Assembly: GCA_963701025.1 (NCBI GenBank)
Contig: OY969557.1
Location: forward strand, 801,953-865,952
DNA: 64,000 bases
Direction of reading: 5' to 3'
Source of the DNA: an uncultured bacterium
GTDB taxonomy: Bacteria; Patescibacteriota; Minisyncoccia; Phycocordibacterales; PALSA-1337
Shown: one piece after another, positions 60,898 through 64,000 of the stretch
Layout: the number at the start of each line of letters is the position of its first letter
Position numbering within the stretch: position 1 is the stretch's first letter
The notes under the pieces: generated by a model
What the model was told of the DNA's origin: nothing
Databases searched by the model: none
What the model saw: the letters and a program-made list of their open reading frames with translations, nothing else
Made by a program: the position numbers and the translations under genes

Positions 60898-61824
60898 ATG
60901 TCATCGCCGCCATCTTTATCCTTAAACAGCTTTCATAAACATGACCGAATACTCTCTTTTAAACGTCGTGGCTTCACTCTCGTCGAGCTCCTGGTGGTCA
61001 TCTCCATCATCGGCCTTTTGTCGTCGGTCATTCTGGCGGCGTTGAATGGGGCAAGAGCAAAAGGACAGATAGCATCGGTTCAAGAATTCGCTAACGCCAA
61101 TTATCACGCCATAGGGGATAATCTGCTGTTCTTCTATAAGTTCGATAACGCTAATCTTGGACAGGACTCATCGGGGAATAACAATAATGCTAATCCCGTC
61201 GGCCTCTCTTCGCCGACGCTAGTCCCTTCTTATAATGGTTCAGCCAGTAACGCTCTTAAATTGAATGGAAGCTCGCAGTATCTCACTACAACTGCTACTT
61301 TTCCACAGACAATGAATGGAATAACGATATCCATATGGGTGAATATAGGCAACAACACCGGGTATATACCATTAGTCGTTGATGCCAGTAGTAACTATAA
61401 TTACACTCTGTCTTTAGGGGCTAATCCCGCGTCGGAGAGTGTTTCAAGTACCTATTCTTGCCAAGCATCATTTTATGGTGCTGGTGGTTCTGATTATGTG
61501 GCCCGGAGTCAGAATCTATGCGATAACAGTTGGCATAATATAACAGTTACACAAAATCTTACCGGGAAAGTTGTCATGTATATTGACGGAAAAAATGGTT
61601 CATATTCTATTTCATCTATTAATACTAGTATTACACCGTCTAATTTTTTGGTTCCCTCGGGATTATCGACGTGGATCGGTGGAGATAATGGTGATGGTAT
61701 AACCAGCGGTTATGCTATCGCCAGTATCGATGATGTCATGCTCTTTAGCTCTAGTTTACCCTTGTCCGAAGTTCAACAGCTCTATGCTATGGGTGCCGCC
61801 AGACACGGTATTGCTTTGAAGTAG
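60898..61824 (+). CDS. Type IV pilin-like protein with a C-terminal LamG/concanavalin-like domain
   Basis: Prepilin motif KRRG|FTLVELLVVISIIG, then an Asn/Ser/Thr-rich beta-rich domain. Confidence 0.65.
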   Translation: MSSPPSLSLNSFHKHDRILSFKRRGFTLVELLVVISIIGLLSSVILAALNGARAKGQIASVQEFANANYHAIGDNLLFFYKFDNANLGQDSSGNNNNANPVGLSSPTLVPSYNGSASNALKLNGSSQYLTTTATFPQTMNGITISIWVNIGNNTGYIPLVVDASSNYNYTLSLGANPASESVSSTYSCQASFYGAGGSDYVARSQNLCDNSWHNITVTQNLTGKVVMYIDGKNGSYSISSINTSITPSNFLVPSGLSTWIGGDNGDGITSGYAIASIDDVMLFSSSLPLSEVQQLYAMGAARHGIALK

Positions 61825-61886
61825 AAGCCTTGCACAATTGGGTATAATTGGGTACTATTAGGTAAAGCTAATAATAACCAATTAAT

Positions 61887-62978
61887 ATGCCTCAAGATAT
61901 GGATGAGAATCGCTTCAATAAGCGCATAAAAATCACTCCGGAGATTCTTTCCAAGATCGCCAAGATAGATGAATTCAAGGGACTATGGAAAGGAAGCATC
62001 AGTCTGAACCCGCAGATTCTGAAACGACTGAAGTCCACAGTCATTATCACCTCGACCGGCGCTTCGACCAGAATCGAAGGAGCAAAAATGAGCGATGAAG
62101 AGATCGCGCGCCTTTTGCGCGGATTAAAGTCCATACCCCCAAAGAATAGAGACGAGCAAGAAGTCGCCGGATATGCCGATCTCATAGGCCGAATGTTCGA
62201 TCATTATCGGGATTTGAAACTGACGGAGAACAATATCTTGCAATTCCACGATATTCTCTTGAACTATTCTGAAAAAGACAAGGACCATAAAGGCAAGTAT
62301 AAAGATCATGACAATGTGGTCGCGGCCATAAATGAAAAAGGCGAGAGCGTGGTCGTATTCAAAGCCACTCCGCCATATCTGGTAAAACCGGAAATGGAAG
62401 CGGCAGTCGCATGGACGACGGCTGAATTCGATAAGAAGGAATTACATCCAATCCTTGTCATTGCCAACTTTATTTTCGAGTTTTTGGCAATACACCCGTT
62501 CAATGACGGAAACGGGCGTCTTTCGCGTGCTCTTACTAATCTGCTTTTACTGCGGGCCGGTTATGCATATGTCCCATATGTCTCTCTCGATGAGATCATT
62601 GAGGATACCAAGGCTGAATATTATATGGCTCTGCACAAGACCCAGAATAATCACAAGACTGACCATGAAGACATTACGCTTTGGGTCAATTATCTGCTGG
62701 ATTCTCTTGTTGTCCATGCCAATAAGGCAAAGGCATTGATGGTGGGCGAACAGCCGGAGAAGCTTTTGGCCGAGAGCCAGGAAAAGATTTTGGAGCTCTT
62801 TACGCATGGCTATAGTTTGAGTATCTCTGATATAAAGCGAAAATTAGACGATGCGCCCAGAGAAGCTATAAAGAAGAACCTGGCGCGTCTGGTTAAACTC
62901 CGATTGCTTGAATTGATTGGTCGCGGCAGAGGCGCTCGATACAGAAAGTTTAAGTCAGACCAAAGAATGGGGAGCTGA
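61887..62978 (+). CDS. Fic-family protein (putative AMPylase) with a C-terminal winged-helix domain
   Basis: HPFNDGNGRLSR Fic motif. Confidence 0.75.
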   Translation: MPQDMDENRFNKRIKITPEILSKIAKIDEFKGLWKGSISLNPQILKRLKSTVIITSTGASTRIEGAKMSDEEIARLLRGLKSIPPKNRDEQEVAGYADLIGRMFDHYRDLKLTENNILQFHDILLNYSEKDKDHKGKYKDHDNVVAAINEKGESVVVFKATPPYLVKPEMEAAVAWTTAEFDKKELHPILVIANFIFEFLAIHPFNDGNGRLSRALTNLLLLRAGYAYVPYVSLDEIIEDTKAEYYMALHKTQNNHKTDHEDITLWVNYLLDSLVVHANKAKALMVGEQPEKLLAESQEKILELFTHGYSLSISDIKRKLDDAPREAIKKNLARLVKLRLLELIGRGRGARYRKFKSDQRMGS

Positions 62979-63016
62979 AAGTTGCCTTTTACGGCGTTTC
63001 GTGTAAGATACCACCC

Positions 63017-63811
63017 ATGTTGTCATTGACCGTCGAACGGCGCGGAAAGGCCAAAAACGAGGTATTGAGGAAAGCCGGAGTCATGCCGGCGGTCTTTTAC
63101 GGTCCCAAAGAGACCACGACGCCGATCTCCATCCCCCTCGTCGAATTCAAGAAAGTCTGGAAAAAGGCTGGCGAATCGTCCGTTATCGTACTCAAGGAGG
63201 GTTCGGCCGAGCATGAAGCCCTCATCCACGAAGTCGATCGCCATCCCTTGACCGGCGAGCCGCGTCACGCCGATTTTTACGTCATCGAGAAAGGCAAGAA
63301 GGTCACCGTCCACGTGCCGCTCATATACGCGGGCGTCTCCCCGGCCGTGAAAGATAAAGGCGGCATTTTGGTCAAAGTGCACCGCGAAGTCGAAGTCGAA
63401 GCCGCTCCGAGAGATTTGCCGCACGAGCTCTCCGTCGATATCACCAAGCTTGTCGAATTGACCGACGTCATACACGCAAAAGATATCGCTCTGCCGAAAG
63501 GCGTCGATCTCAAGATCAATCCCGAGGAAGTCGTCACCTCTATCGCCGAGGCCAAGGAAGAAGTCGTCGAAGCCCCGGTCGCCATAGACATGTCAGCCAT
63601 CGAAGTCGAAGCCAAGGGCAAAGAGGCCAAGGAAGGTGAAGCGCCTGCCGGTGTCGCCACGGGCGCTACCGGATCCGCCGGAGGCGACGCGAAAGGATCG
63701 GCTACCGCCAAGGGCGGCACCGATGCCGGAAAGGGTGGTGCCGATGCCGGAAAATCCTCTGGAGGCAAGCCTGCGGGCGATGCCAAGAAAGGTCAAGAAG
63801 GGAAGAAATAA
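63017..63811 (+). CDS. rplY: 50S ribosomal protein L25 / general stress protein Ctc with a Lys/Gly/Ala-rich C-terminal tail
   Basis: N-terminal L25 beta-barrel pattern (ERRGKAKNEVLRKAGVMPAVFYG) and central Ctc domain. Confidence 0.7.
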   Translation: MLSLTVERRGKAKNEVLRKAGVMPAVFYGPKETTTPISIPLVEFKKVWKKAGESSVIVLKEGSAEHEALIHEVDRHPLTGEPRHADFYVIEKGKKVTVHVPLIYAGVSPAVKDKGGILVKVHREVEVEAAPRDLPHELSVDITKLVELTDVIHAKDIALPKGVDLKINPEEVVTSIAEAKEEVVEAPVAIDMSAIEVEAKGKEAKEGEAPAGVATGATGSAGGDAKGSATAKGGTDAGKGGADAGKSSGGKPAGDAKKGQEGKK

Positions 63812-64000
63812 GCCCGGCGTACGCCGGGTTTTTTAGTCAAAGTAGCGGATGCCGTTAGGATATAGCATTGACATTATCTCACCGTATCCGTTTCTTCGAT
63901 TGCAGATTTGTTTTGATATACGAGCTATCGTCGCAGAGCTCAGACCAGTAACATTGCTTACAAGTGCATATGGGGTTGCCATAGAAAGCATGTGAACCGC

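Overview
The window looks like a Patescibacteria/CPR-type bacterial chromosome segment, an inference based on a 16S rRNA gene interrupted by two LAGLIDADG-encoding introns, four-helix-bundle proteins and a pilin-like LamG protein. GC is high apart from AT-rich islands.

Layout:
- 1-2770: the 3' portion of a 16S rRNA gene with two long introns, each encoding a LAGLIDADG homing endonuclease, followed by an rrn terminator.
- 3.0-5.1 kb: an IS30-family insertion sequence, tRNA-Leu(CAG), a pterin-4a-carbinolamine dehydratase gene and tRNA-Ile(GAT). No 23S follows.
- 5.1-9.9 kb: an AT-rich KilA-N island, membrane and hypothetical proteins, and RadC.
- 9.9-17.8 kb: truD, then dcw-type cell-wall genes murD, murC and mraY. 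mraY carries a frameshift.
- 17.86-20.53 kb: a complete diversity-generating retroelement (DGR). It has a target gene with a C-terminal variable region, a template repeat whose 21 mismatches all fall on template adenines, an Avd accessory gene and a reverse transcriptase (RT). The RT has one frameshift and is preceded by a G11 tract.
- 20.5-25.4 kb: an ATP-grasp protein, RsmI and a DUF4015-like glycoside hydrolase.
- 25.9-27.8 kb: a VirD4/TraD-like type IV coupling ATPase broken by at least four frameshifts.
- 27.8-45.9 kb: an ~18 kb glycan-biosynthesis locus. It holds five GT4 glycosyltransferases, a GT2, a GT11 fucosyltransferase-like gene, a GT11-GT17 fusion, a GT4-methyltransferase fusion, four further methyltransferases and a Wzm/Wzt ABC exporter.
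- 46.0-64.0 kb: a PLD-like protein, an O-antigen-ligase-like TPR membrane protein, murB, a heavily frameshifted secA, a PadR regulator, obg, an RRM protein, a LOG protein, tgt, a PfkB kinase, a four-helix-bundle protein, class II aldolase, a pilin-LamG protein, a Fic protein and ribosomal protein L25.

Two small dispersed repeat families occur, a ~45-bp palindrome and GGGTAGAG-type repeats. Some copies sit in-frame inside coding regions and inside the 16S gene. No CRISPR array and no 23S rRNA were found.
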